A stretch of DNA of 64,000 nt from an uncultured Gaiellaceae bacterium (lineage in GTDB: Bacteria; Actinomycetota; Thermoleophilia; Gaiellales; Gaiellaceae). A program made the translations under genes and the position numbers. Positions within the stretch are counted from its first letter, which is position 1, and every line of letters begins with the position of its first letter. The DNA is taken from NCBI GenBank assembly GCA_963820695.1, contig CAWGAP010000001.1:147087-211086 (forward strand), in the 5' to 3' direction. The notes under the pieces were generated by a model, which was not told the origin of the DNA, did not search any database, and saw only the letters and a list, made by a program, of their open reading frames with translations. Positions 31,301 to 39,638 of the stretch are shown here, piece after piece.

Positions 31301-34300
31301 GCCACGGCCGCGAGCTGGAACACGGCGAGCGGTCCCGACGCCGTCACCGACGGCAGCTACGACCTGCGCGTCAAGACCACGGACAACGCGGGCAACGTCT
31401 TCACCTCGGCCGCGATCACCGTGCTCGTCGACCACACCGCGCCGACGACGTCGGCTTCGCTCGCACCGGGCACGCCGAGCAACGCGCCGGTCACCGTCAG
31501 CTTCTCCGCGAACGACGGCACCGGCTCGGGCGTCAGCGTCATCTCGTACCGCGTCGACGGCGGCAGCCTCCAGCTCGGCGCCGCGGTCGTCGTGCCCGCT
31601 CCGGGCGACCACTCGAACGACGGCTCGCACCTGGTCGAGTTCTTCGCGACCGACGAGGTCGGCAACGTCGAGGCGCTGAAGAACGTCACGGTCGTGATCG
31701 ACACGACGGCGCCGAACGGCTCCGGCGGCGACCCGGGCGACTACCTGCGCGGGATCGCGAACCTGAGCTACGCGACGGGCGCGACCGACGTCAGCTCGGT
31801 GCAGTTCCAGTTCTCGCCCGCGGGCGCCGGCGCGTGGTCGAACGTCGGCGGCGCCGACATCGCGCCGCCGTACGAGGCCGCGTGGAACACGACGCTCGTC
31901 GCCGACGGGCCGTACGACCTGCGCGCCGTCGTCACCGACACGACCGGCAACGTCGCCAACACGCTCCTCCCCGGCCTGCCGAAGACGGTCGACAACACCG
32001 CGCCCGCCGGCTCGGTGACGGCGCCTGCCGGCGGCGCCTACGTCTCCGGCTCGATCGCGGTCGACGCGAACGCGAGCGACGGCGCCGTTCCCCCTGCGTC
32101 GGGCGTCTCGGCCGTCCGCTTCGAGGTCAAGCCCGCCGGCGCCGGCGCGTACAGCGTCTTCGGCACGCAGACGGCGCCGGTCGTCGGCTCGACCTACCGG
32201 CAGACGCTGACGACGACGGCGCTCGCGGACGGTCTCGCCGAGCTGCGGGTCGTCGTCACGGACGTCGCCGGCAACGAGACGACCTCGGCCATGAGCACGA
32301 TCAACGTCGACAACGACGCGCCCGTCGTCACGCTCGACGATCCCGGTGCGGCCGTCGGCGCGAGCGTCAACCTGACCGCATCGTCGTCGGCCGATACGAC
32401 AGACGTCACCTTCCGCTACCGCCCGGTCGGCAACCTCGGCGCCGGCACGGCGATCGGCTCCGACTCGACGGCCCCGTTCGGTGTCACCTGGTCGACGCCT
32501 CCGGCCGCCGAGCAGCAGTGGGAGCTGATCGCGGTCGCGACCGACGGCGGCGGCAACGTCACCACGAGCGCACCGCGCGTCGTCCTCGTCGACCGCACGC
32601 AGCCGACCGGCAGCGTCACCGCTCCCGCGACCGGCGCGACCGTCGGCGGCCCGGCCGTCGCGCTCGGTGCGATCGCCGCGGACACCGCGCGGCTCGGGCG
32701 TGACGCTCGTCGAGTGGCAGGTCAAGGAGTTCGGGAGCGGCAGCTTCAACACCGTCGCGAGCGACACCACCGCTCCGTACGACGGGAGCTGGAACTCGAC
32801 CCCGGCACCCGACGGCGCCACCGAGATCCGCGCCGTGATCACCGATGCGGCCGGCAACGTCCGCACGACCGCCGTGATCCCGGTCACGGTCGACTCGACC
32901 GGCCCGAGCGTGACGCTGACCGACCCCGGCGCCGTGGTCTCGGGCACCGTCGTCGCTCGAGCGCGACGACGGGCGGCGGCGCAATCCGCGTCCAGTTCTC
33001 GGTCAGCCCGGCGAACGCCGGCACGTGGACGCAGATCGCCGAGGACACGACCGCACCCTTCGGAGCTCCGTTCGACACTGCTGCTCTCGCCGACGGCCTC
33101 TACGACCTGCGCGCGATCGGCTTCGACGGCCTCGGCAATCCGTCCACCCCCTCGATCCGCGAGGACGTCCGCCTCGACAACACCGCCCCGCAGCTCGTCT
33201 CGGCCGCGCCCGCCGACGGCTCGGTCTCCACCGTCCGCGAACCAGATCGTGCTGACTGCGTCCGAGCCGGTGACCGCTCCCGGCGCGCTGCTCGACGGAG
33301 CCGCCGCGCCCGCGCCCTCGATCTCCGGCAACCAGCTCACGTTCGCGACCGGCGCCCTCGCCGACGGGCTCCACGTCCTCTCGGGCGAGCTCGAGGACGC
33401 GAGCGGCACGCGCGTCCCCTTCCGGGTCGCCGTCACGATCGAGAGCACGCCGTCGTCCGACCCGCCGCCGGTCGAGCGGAGCATCACCTCGTCCGGCGAC
33501 TGGACGCTGACCGTCCCGGGCGGCCTCGTCACCGTGCGGATGCCGCAGAGCGCGTGGCCGACTCCCCCGACGCCGCAGGACTACATCCTCGTCCTCCGCG
33601 TCGACGCAGGCCCTGGCGGCGGCGGCTTCGCGCCGGGAACGCAGATCGTCGACGTGACCGCTCGGTGGGCGCTCGCCGGCACGTACGTGACCGAGTTCAA
33701 CGCCCCGATCGAGATCGTCTTCTCGAACCCGTCCGGGACCGCGACGGTCCCGGGCCACTCGCCCGACGCGTCGACGTGGCAGGCGATCCCGATGCTCACC
33801 GGGCCGCTCCCGGCGGCGCAGCGCGACGGCTTCACGCGCTCCGGCTCCGACGTCCACGTCTGGACGCGCCACCTGACCTACTTCGGCCTCATGCTCGACG
33901 ACGGCGCCCCGACCGCGCCGCGCGACCTCGCGGGCGTGCTCGCCGACGACGGCCTGACGCTGCGCTGGATCCCGGGCACGGACTCGAGCGGGCAGATCGG
34001 GAACGTGATGCTGTACGTCAACGGCGAGAGCTACCGCGAGTTCGGTCCGACCGAGTTCGAGGCCAAGCTGGGCGCGTTCGCCGCCGGCGACACGCGCAGC
34101 TTCACGCTTGCCCAGAAGGATGCCGCCGGCAACGTGAGTCCCCAGACCGCCCCGCTCCGCGCCGTCCCCGCGCTCGTCGGCATGTCCCTCGCCGAGGCGA
34201 GCGCAGCGCTCGGCGCCGCCGGCTTCACGGTCGGCACCGTCCGCGAAGCCGCTGTCGCGACCGTTCCGCCGGGCACCGTCGTCGAACCGGCCACCATCCA

Positions 34301-35027
34301 GTTCGCCCTGGCGTCGAGCCCGATCGACCTCGTCGTCTCCCGCGGCACGACCGCGCCGCAGACCCGGCTCGCCTTCTCGGTCGCCGGCTCGAAGCGGATC
34401 GAGCTCAAGAAGCAGACGACGATCGGCGTTCGGATCAAGGTGTCGAAGCCCGCGGACGTCACGGTCACGCTCAGGAACGCGAAGAACCGGCGTCTCCACA
34501 CATGGAAGCTGCGGGTCAAGGCCGGCGCGACCGTGGTCAAGCTGCGGCTGCCCGCGCAGATCCGCCGCCCGGGCGCGTACAAGCTGACGTGGGTCGCCAA
34601 CTCCGGCACCGAGACGGTCAGCCGCACGATCAGGCTCACGCTCGTCGCGCCGGCGTCCCAGGTGAGGCCGAAGCGGGACGAGACCGAGGTCGTGCTCGCC
34701 GGCGAGACGCCGCCGGGCGAAGCGCTCCGGCCCGGTCAGGACGGCATGCCGCGCCGCGTCAGCTCGGCAAACGGCACCGATCAGACCTTCGATCACATCG
34801 CCTCGACGCCCCACGAGGTCGGGGTCGTCGTCGTCGATGCAGATGCGTTCGGTACCCGCTTCGTCGCCGATCTTCGCACGGTCTTCCCGAAGGTGCGCGT
34901 GATCGCGATCTCGCGCGAGCCTGCGCGCCGCGTGCTGGCGGTCCGTGCCGGCGCGACGCTTGCGCTCCCGCGCAACACGACCGCCCGGCAGCTCGCGAAG
35001 GCGATCGCGCTCGTCGCGGGCCGCTAG
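19975..35027 (+). CDS. Giant (~5,000 codon) cell-surface Ig-like repeat protein (adhesin or S-layer-like), interrupted by at least 11 frameshifts as assembled
   Basis: One continuous coding signal hops between frames, with junctions near 22348, 22384, 22636, 25218, 25640, 25792, 26147, 29540, 32688, 32950 and 33237. Each junction falls inside a repeat unit whose sister units read straight through. Domain order: basic N-terminus plus TM (RVHVRAVLALVALLAVFLAGAAL); ~570-aa unknown domain; 18 x 100-aa Ig-like units; invasin/Big_1-like domains; a chitobiase-C/Fn3-associated-like segment (IRYTIDGTDPT); about 13 x 90-100-aa Ig-like units; FN3; PASTA; Ig-like; receiver-like tail. The start is ambiguous: ATG 19975, 19960 or 19915. 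Confidence 0.8.
21724..27129 (+). repeat. Tandem array of 18 x 300 bp (100-aa Ig-like units) inside the giant gene
   Basis: The unit is AAQIALTGSTA(N/D)LTSGATRVLTATIQDAAGNTVTSDNSTVVAFAK(A/Q)SGAGTVSGTGNATASSGVATKTITGVLAGSVTMEATSAGLTTGTLGAFTVVHG. The ttcaccgtcgtccacgg landmark recurs every 300 bp from about 22011 to about 27111. Confidence 0.95.
22637..25264 (+). CDS. Giant surface protein, fragment (300-bp units 4-12)
   Basis: This is the frame of ORF 22691..25264. It is entered through a missing c at about 22636 (gcggcc-agatc) and left through a missing a at about 25218 (gcctcc-gcggcgtc). Confidence 0.75.
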   Translation, partial: GQIALTGSTGDLTAGATRVLTATLQDAAGNTVTSDNSTVVAFAKASGAGTVTGTGNATASSGIASKTITGALVGSVTMEATSAGLTTGTLGAFTVVHGAATQIQLTGSTADLTSGATRVLTATIQDAAGNTVTSDNSTVVAFAKASGAGTISGTGNATASSGVATKTITGVLAGSVTMEATSAGLTTGTLGAFTVVHGAATQIALTGATANLTSGTTRLLTATIQDAAGNTVTADNTTVVAFTKQSGAGTVSGTGNATASSGIATKTITGVLAGSVTMEATSAGLTTGTLGAFTVVHGSAADIILTGSTADLTSGATRVLTATLKDAAGNTVTSDNTTVVAFAKASGAGTATGTGNATASSGVATKTITGALVGSVTMEATAAGLTTGTLGGFTVVHGAAAQIALSGSTANLTSGTTRVLTATLQDAAGNTVTSDSSTVVAFAKQSGAGTVSGTGNATASSGVATKTVTGVLAGSVTLEATSAGLTTGTLGAFTVVHGPAADIILTGSTADLTSGATRVLTATLKDAAGNTVISDNSTVVAFAKASGAGTVTGAGNATASSGIATKTVTGALVGSVTMQATSAGLTTGTLGAFTVVHGAATQIQLTGSTADLTSGTTRVLTATIQDAAGNTVTADSSTVVAFAKASGAGTVSGTGNATASSGVATKTIAGVLAGSVTMEATSAGLTTGTLGAFTVVHGAATQIQLTGATANLTSGSNRVLTATIQDAAGNTVTSDNSTIVAFTKQSGAGTVSGTGNATASSGVATKTITGVLAGSVTMDATAGGLTTGTLGAFNVVHGPAADIVLTGSTADLTSGASRVLTATLTDAAGNTVTADSSTVVAFAKASGAGTVTGTGNATASAASPRRRSPAHSSAP
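26148..29545 (+). CDS. Giant surface protein, fragment (units 16-18, Big_1-like domains, first Ig-like FECxLDGG domains)
   Basis: This is the first part of ORF 26074..32703. Beyond about 29545 that ORF stays open but reads as Arg-rich nonsense, and the real sequence continues in the frame of ORF 29789..35269. Confidence 0.75.
29545..32690 (+). CDS. Giant surface protein, fragment (about 11 Ig-like VDNT.PTG units)
   Basis: This is the frame of ORF 29789..35269, reading TETPSTFECDLDGGGWSPC...VDRTQPTGSVTAPATGATVGGPAVALGAIAAD. It is left through an extra c at about 32688. Confidence 0.75.
29715..33250 (+). repeat. Second array of about 13 diverged 270-300-bp Ig-like units
   Basis: Units open with (V/I)D.T.P(T/S)(G)..(T/V).P..GA...G and close with YDLR(V/A)..TD.AGN. 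Example: VDNTLPTGAVTAPAAGANVRGTIALSSNSADAGSGVATVQFQRSPAGAGSWTNQAASFDTTAVADGQYDLRVTTTDNAGNAFTSTAITIR. Confidence 0.85.
30601..31140 (+). repeat. Near-identical 2 x 270-bp tandem duplication within the second array
   Basis: Compared base by base, 30601-30870 and 30871-31140 differ at only about 2 positions (cgcagtcgcc...ggccagt versus cgccgtcgcc...ggccaat). Confidence 0.9.
33238..35027 (+). CDS. Giant surface protein, C-terminal fragment (FN3, PASTA, Ig-like, receiver-like tail)
   Basis: This is the frame of ORF 32667..35027. FN3: APTAPRDLAGVLADDGLTLRWIPGTDSSGQIGNVMLYVNG. PASTA: VPALVGMSLAEASAALGAAGFTVGTVREAAVATVPPGTVVEPATIQFALASSPIDLVVSRG. Confidence 0.75.
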
Positions 35028-35771
35028 ACCGCGGCCTGCACGGCGAACGTCGACGCCGACGACCACGAGCACGGCGCCGAGCGCCAGCCGCAGCACGTCT
35101 TCGTCGATCCGCCCGGTCGCTTTGGCCCCGAGCCAACCGCCCGGGATCGCGCCGGCCAGCCCCGCGAGCAGGAGCGGCCAGTCGACACCGAGCGCGCCCG
35201 CGTGAGCCGCGAAGCCCGCGACGCCGAGCAGGAAGCCGACGACGAGATTCGTGCCCGCGGCGCGCTTGACGTCCATTCCGACGCCGCGAACGAGCGCGGG
35301 CATCCGCAGCGTGCCGAGGATGACGCCGACGGCGCCGCCGAGCGCGCCGATGCCGAAGCCGGACGCGACCGCCGGCCAGAGCCGCAGGCGCTCCCGTGTG
35401 CGTGGCTGCACCGGCCGGAGCGCAAGGTCGATCCCGCTCCAGACGAGGACTGCGGCGATCCCTGCGTAGAGCAGCTGCTCCGAGACGTCGTCGGCCAGGA
35501 GCGCGCCGAGGATCGCCCCCGCAACCGACGGCGGCGCCATCCAGGCGACCACGCGCCAGTCGACGCGGCGCTCGCGCGCGTGGCGGATCGCTCCGGCACC
35601 GGCGGATGCGGCCGAGATCGCGATGTTCGTCCCGGCGGCGGCGAGCGGGCTGCCCGCCAGCGCCACGAGCAACGGCAGCCGCAGCGTTCCGAGCACGAGC
35701 CCGAGCATCGAGCCGACGTACCCGGCAACGAACGAGCCTGCGAGCGCTAGCGCGAGCTCCCAGGCTTCCAC
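35024..35771 (-). CDS. TSUP (TauE/SafE) family membrane transporter, probable frameshift in the last ~10 codons
   Basis: The GTG start gives [25 protein letters not shown]... with two TauE half-repeats (AAGTNIAISAASA and AAGTNLVVGFLLG). The main frame (ORF 33003..35771) has no stop codon and runs on antisense to the giant gene. Shifting frame at about 35055 gives ...VVVGVD(V)FAVQAAV with a stop at 35024-35026. Confidence 0.75.
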
Positions 35772-36325
35772 AAGCGGCTCCTCGCCGCCGGCGAGGCTTC
35801 GCCGCGCGGGCGAGGATGAAGAGCAGGTCGGAGAGCCGGTTCAGGTAGCGGAGCACGAGCGGGTTCAGGTCGACCTCCTGCGCGCCGAGCAGGACGTCAC
35901 GCTCGGCGCGACGGCAGATCGTGCGGGCGACGTGCAGCCGTGCGGACACCTCGGTGCCACCCGGGAGGACGAAGCTGCGCAGCTCCGGCAGGTCGGCGTT
36001 GAAGTCGTCGCAGAGCTGCTCGAGCGCGTCGATCATCGGCTGCTCCACCCGCAGCCGGTCGGTGACGCCCCACGGCACCGAGAGATCGGCGCCGACGTCG
36101 AAGAGCTCGTTCTGGATCCGGACGAGCGGCTCGCGCATCTGCCTCCGGTACGTCGCCGGCCAGCACGAGGCCGAGCGCCGAGTTGAGCTCGTCGACGGTG
36201 CCGAACGCGCCGATCCGGCAGTCGAGCTTCGACACGCGCGAGCCGTCGCCGAGCGAGGTCTCGCCCTGGTCGCCGCCGCGTGTGTAGATCCGCGTCAGGC
36301 GGACCGGCTCGTCACGGCTTCTCAT
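35747..36325 (-). CDS. PduO-type ATP:cob(I)alamin adenosyltransferase, 1-2 frameshifts as assembled
   Basis: The N-terminus [52 protein letters not shown] is in the frame of ORF 35897..37045. The protein continues after about 36145 as [19 protein letters not shown]...[23 protein letters not shown]...[15 protein letters not shown] in ORF 34759..36138. The likely end is ...RLWKPGSSR with TAG at 35747-35749, in a third frame. The ATG at 36325 overlaps the acd stop codon (ATGA). Confidence 0.75.
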
Positions 36326-37485
36326 GACGTCGGTGCGGGCTCGCGCTGGAGCTCCAGGATCCGGCGGGCGATCACCAGGCGCTGGATCTCGCTCGTCCCC
36401 TCGTAGATCTCGGTGATCTTCGCGTCGCGGTAGTAGCGCTCGACGGGAAACTCCTTCGTGTAGCCGTAGCCGCCGAGGACCTGGATCGCCTCCGCGGTCT
36501 GGCGGCGGGCCATCTCCGAGGCGAAGAGCTTCGCCTTCGCGCCCGCCTCCGTGTGCGGCTCGCCCTGCTCCTTCAGCCAGGCGGCCCGGTAGACGAGCAG
36601 GCGCGCGGCGTCGATCTCCGTCGACATGTCCGCGAGCTTGAACTGGATCGCCTGGTGCTCGGCGATCGCCTTGCCGAACGTCTTGCGCTCCTTCGCGTAC
36701 TCGCGTGCGACGTCGTAGGCGGCCTGCGCGATCCCGAGCGCCTGCGCGGCGATCCCGATCCGGCCGCCGTCGAGCGTCGACATCGCGATCGCGAAGCCGC
36801 GGCCCTCCTCGTGCAGCAGACGGTCGCGCCCGATCCGAGCGCCCTCGATCACGAGATCGGCCGTCGAGGACGAGTTGAGCCCGAGCTTCTCCTCCTCGCG
36901 GGTCACGCGCACGTGGCCGGCGTCGAGCAGGAACGCCGAGACTCCACGCGCTCCCTCGATCTCCGGCTCGCTGCGGGCGAAGGTCAGGAAGGTGCCTGCG
37001 TAGCTGCCGTTCGTGATCCATTGCTTCGCGCCCGTGATCGTCCACCCCTCGCCGTCAGCGTCGGCCCGGGTGCGGAGCGAGCCCGCATCGGAGCCGGCCT
37101 CCGGCTCGGTCAGCGCAAACGCCCCGATCGTCTCGCCGCGTGCGAGCGGCGGCACGAAGCGCTCGCGCTGCTCCTCGGTGCCGAAGGCGAGGATCGGCAG
37201 CGTGCAGGCGCTCGTGTGGACGGCGACGGTGACGCCCACGCCGGCGTCCGCGCGCGAGAGCTCCTCGAGCACGAGGATGTAGGAGAGGAAGTCGGCGCCC
37301 GCGCCGCCGTACTCGGCCGGCACGCACACTCCCATCAACCCCAGCTCGGCGAGCTTCTCGTACAGCTCGGTCGGGAAGCGGTGCTCGCGGTCCCAGGCGG
37401 CGGCGTTCGGCTCGATCTCGGCCTGCGCGACCTCCCGCGTGAGCGCCTGGATCTCCCGCTGATCGGCGGTCAGAGCGAAGTCCAT
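36322..37485 (-). CDS. Acyl-CoA dehydrogenase (short/butyryl-chain type)
   Basis: 387 aa, uninterrupted, with [22 protein letters not shown] and the C-terminal [14 protein letters not shown]. Confidence 0.92.
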   Translation of the reverse strand: MDFALTADQREIQALTREVAQAEIEPNAAAWDREHRFPTELYEKLAELGLMGVCVPAEYGGAGADFLSYILVLEELSRADAGVGVTVAVHTSACTLPILAFGTEEQRERFVPPLARGETIGAFALTEPEAGSDAGSLRTRADADGEGWTITGAKQWITNGSYAGTFLTFARSEPEIEGARGVSAFLLDAGHVRVTREEEKLGLNSSSTADLVIEGARIGRDRLLHEEGRGFAIAMSTLDGGRIGIAAQALGIAQAAYDVAREYAKERKTFGKAIAEHQAIQFKLADMSTEIDAARLLVYRAAWLKEQGEPHTEAGAKAKLFASEMARRQTAEAIQVLGGYGYTKEFPVERYYRDAKITEIYEGTSEIQRLVIARRILELQREPAPTS

Positions 37486-37522
37486 CAGTGGCCGAGTCTA
37501 TCCCGCAGGGCGGCGAGCGAGA

Positions 37523-37545
37523 CTTTGTGTTCCTGTAACACAAGC
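37523..37545. repeat. 23-nt AT-rich palindromic element, copy 1 (ctttgtgttCCTGTaacacaagc)
   Basis: It has 7-9-bp arms, TTGTGTT / AACACAA, around a 5-nt core. It lies 38 nt upstream of the acd start, in the 121-bp acd / response-regulator intergenic region. Confidence 0.85.
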
Positions 37546-37578
37546 ACCGCTAGCCCGCACCGTTCCGTGGCTGGAGGA

Positions 37579-37601
37579 CTTTGTGTTACAGGAACACAAG
37601 C
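37579..37601. repeat. 23-nt palindromic element, copy 2 (ctttgtgttACAGGaacacaagc)
   Basis: The arms are identical to copy 1 but the 5-nt core is inverted. It lies 56 bp from copy 1 and starts 6 nt after the HD-GYP regulator stop codon. Confidence 0.85.
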
Positions 37602-37606
37602 CGTCT

Positions 37607-38674
37607 TTACGCGGCGGCGAGGAACTCGCGGCGGATCTCGTGCAGCACGTGCTCGCGGTCGCAGAACGCGTCCACCACCATCGGATCGAACTGCGTCCCC
37701 TTCTGCGCGACGATCTCGCGGCGGCAGTCGCGCCAGCTGCGCGCGGCCCGATACGGCCGGTGGTTCGTGATCGCGTCGACCGCGTCGGCGACGGCGAAGA
37801 TCCGGGCGCCGAGCGGGATCTCCTCGCCCGCGAGCCCGTCGGGGTAGCCCTCGCCGTCCCACCGCTCGTGGTGGGAGCGGACGACCTGGACGCCCGCGTC
37901 GTGCAGGAAGGCGACGCCGCCGATCATCTGGGCGCCGAGCACCGTGTGCGCCCTCATCACGCGCCACTCCGCCTCGTTCAGCTCGACCGGCTTGAGCAGG
38001 ATCTGGTCGGGGACACCGATCTTGCCGATGTCGTGGAGGAGGAAGCCGTACTCGAGCGCGGGGTCGTCGGCGAGCTCGGGGTCGATCGCGCGCGTGAGCT
38101 CGAGCGCGTAGCGCTGCACGCGCTGGGAGTGCTGGCGCGTCCCCGTGTCCTTGGTTCCGAGCGCAGTCGCGAGCGCCGAGACCGTCTCCTTGTAGGCGCT
38201 CTCGAGCAGCCCGCGCTGTGCGCGCTCGATCTCGACGAGGTGGCGGAGGTCGCGGGCGTAGAGGACGAGCTGCTCCTCGTCGGAGCGGCCGTTGACGCGG
38301 CGCATCGGCGCCCCCACGCCGGCTCCCGCAAGGCGCTCGACGACGCCGAGCAGCTCGAGTGGCCGGAACGGCTTCAACAGCAGCGCGTCCGCGCCGGCGG
38401 CGCCGGCCACATCCTCCACGTCTTCCATTCCGGTGAGCAGGACGACGGAGATCTCGCGCGTGTCCTCGCTCGCCTTCAGCTCGCGGCAGAACGCGAGCCC
38501 GTCCATGCCCGGCATGCCGACGTCGAGCACGATCACGTCCGGGCGCGACGCCGCGATGCGCGACTCTGCCTCGGCTGCGCTGCCGGCTTCGTCCACCTCG
38601 ACCTGGACGTCCTCGAAGGTCGTCCGCAACAGCTCGCGGAACCCAGCATCGTCGTCGACCAGCAGCAGGCGCAT
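37607..38674 (-). CDS. Response regulator with an HD-GYP domain (c-di-GMP phosphodiesterase type)
   Basis: 355 aa. REC: LLLVDDD...VIVLDVGMPGMDG...LLTGM...LLKPF. HD-GYP: HSQRV...LLHDIGKIGVP...HHERWDGEGYPDGL. Confidence 0.9.
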   Translation of the reverse strand: MRLLLVDDDAGFRELLRTTFEDVQVEVDEAGSAAEAESRIAASRPDVIVLDVGMPGMDGLAFCRELKASEDTREISVVLLTGMEDVEDVAGAAGADALLLKPFRPLELLGVVERLAGAGVGAPMRRVNGRSDEEQLVLYARDLRHLVEIERAQRGLLESAYKETVSALATALGTKDTGTRQHSQRVQRYALELTRAIDPELADDPALEYGFLLHDIGKIGVPDQILLKPVELNEAEWRVMRAHTVLGAQMIGGVAFLHDAGVQVVRSHHERWDGEGYPDGLAGEEIPLGARIFAVADAVDAITNHRPYRAARSWRDCRREIVAQKGTQFDPMVVDAFCDREHVLHEIRREFLAAA

Positions 38675-38783
38675 TCGTTTCCCCCCGGATCGAAAGCCTT
38701 GTCGACAGAAGGTATCGGCCGCTGGGACCAGACCTTTAGTCGAGACCTACCCCGTTCGGGGGACACCCGACTATGCTGCGCCG

Positions 38784-39638
38784 GTGCTCGGACGGCTCAA
38801 GCTCCAGGCACTCGCGCGGATGCAGCGCAGCGCCCTCCTCGCCGCAGCCGCCGCGCAGCACACGGGAACGCCTCCCGACCTCGTCGGCACAGTCGAGGTC
38901 GAGACCACCTTCGCGCGCCTGCTCCTGGACGAACGCGACGAGTGGATCACGCCCACGCTGACCGCCACGTCGGGCTGGGAGCCGGGCCAGACAGCCCTGC
39001 TGGGCGAGCGGATCAAACCGGGGATGACCGTCGTCGACGGCGGCGCCCACGTCGGCTACTTCACCTGCCAGGCGGCTCGACTCGCAGGACCGCGCGGACT
39101 CGTGCTCGCGTTCGAGCCGGCACCGCGCAACTTCGAGCTCCTCCAGGCCAACGTGTGGCGGAACGGCTTCACCAACGTCGTCTGCTTCCCGTGGGCGCTC
39201 GGCGCCGAGCCGGCTCTGGCCGAGCTGCAACTGTCGGCCACGAACACGGGTGACCACAGGCTCCACGGCGTCGATGACCGGTCCCGAACCTCGGAGACCG
39301 TTCGTGTCGCCGCGCTCGACGAGATCCTCGCAATCCGTCCGCCGGTCGACGTCGTCAAGCTCGACGTGCAGGGGAGCGAGGAGGCAGCGGTGCGCGGCAT
39401 GGAGCGATTGCTTGCCGCCTCGCCGGGCGTCCTGCTGACCGTCGAGCTCTCGCCCGCCGACGCTCGCGCGGCCGGAAGCGACCTGCACGCGCTGCTCGAC
39501 TACTACCGCTCCCTGGGCTTCACGCTCCGCGTGCAGCTTCCCGACGAGAAGGGCCTCGTCGAGCTCGCCGACGACGAGCTTCTCCGGCGGGCGGAGGAGC
39601 TCGAGCACGTCAACCTCGTGCTCGAGCGACCCGGCTAG
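38784..39638 (+). CDS. FkbM family methyltransferase
   Basis: The family motifs are [27 protein letters not shown] and [11 protein letters not shown]. The start is GTG 38784, or alternatively ATG 38820. The upstream part of ORF 38292..39638 is antisense to the regulator gene. Confidence 0.8.
   Translation: MLGRLKLQALARMQRSALLAAAAAQHTGTPPDLVGTVEVETTFARLLLDERDEWITPTLTATSGWEPGQTALLGERIKPGMTVVDGGAHVGYFTCQAARLAGPRGLVLAFEPAPRNFELLQANVWRNGFTNVVCFPWALGAEPALAELQLSATNTGDHRLHGVDDRSRTSETVRVAALDEILAIRPPVDVVKLDVQGSEEAAVRGMERLLAASPGVLLTVELSPADARAAGSDLHALLDYYRSLGFTLRVQLPDEKGLVELADDELLRRAEELEHVNLVLERPG

Noticed and set aside
26074-32703. Apparent single 2,209-aa ORF
   Set aside because: Only about 26148-29545 of it is the real frame. 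Beyond that the frame stays open by chance (Arg-rich nonsense), and the domain sequence continues in the frame of ORF 29789..35269.
21424-33532. Many long minus-strand ORFs (for example 23294..24811, 23824..25782, 25785..27182, 27163..28608, 29972..33532) and off-frame plus-strand ORFs across the giant gene
   Set aside because: They mirror the plus-strand repeat periodicity and translate to Arg/Gly/Asp-rich nonsense. The plus-strand reading gives recognisable Ig-like, FN3 and PASTA domains.
34746-35027. A separate small receiver-like gene starting at MPRRVSS
   Set aside because: It is in frame with the giant gene with no intervening stop codon as assembled. I kept it as part of the giant gene and flagged it as a finding.
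33003-35771. 922-aa minus-strand ORF
   Set aside because: Only the first ~248 codons (35024-35771) are the TSUP transporter. The rest is read-through antisense to the giant gene, caused by a probable indel near 35055.
37520-37605. LexA/Cheo-type SOS box or CRP/GlxR site in the palindromic elements
   Set aside because: The arms are TGTGTT / AACACA with an odd 5-nt core (TGTGT-N7-ACACA). That fits neither GAAC-N4-GTTC nor TGTGA-N6-TCACA spacing.
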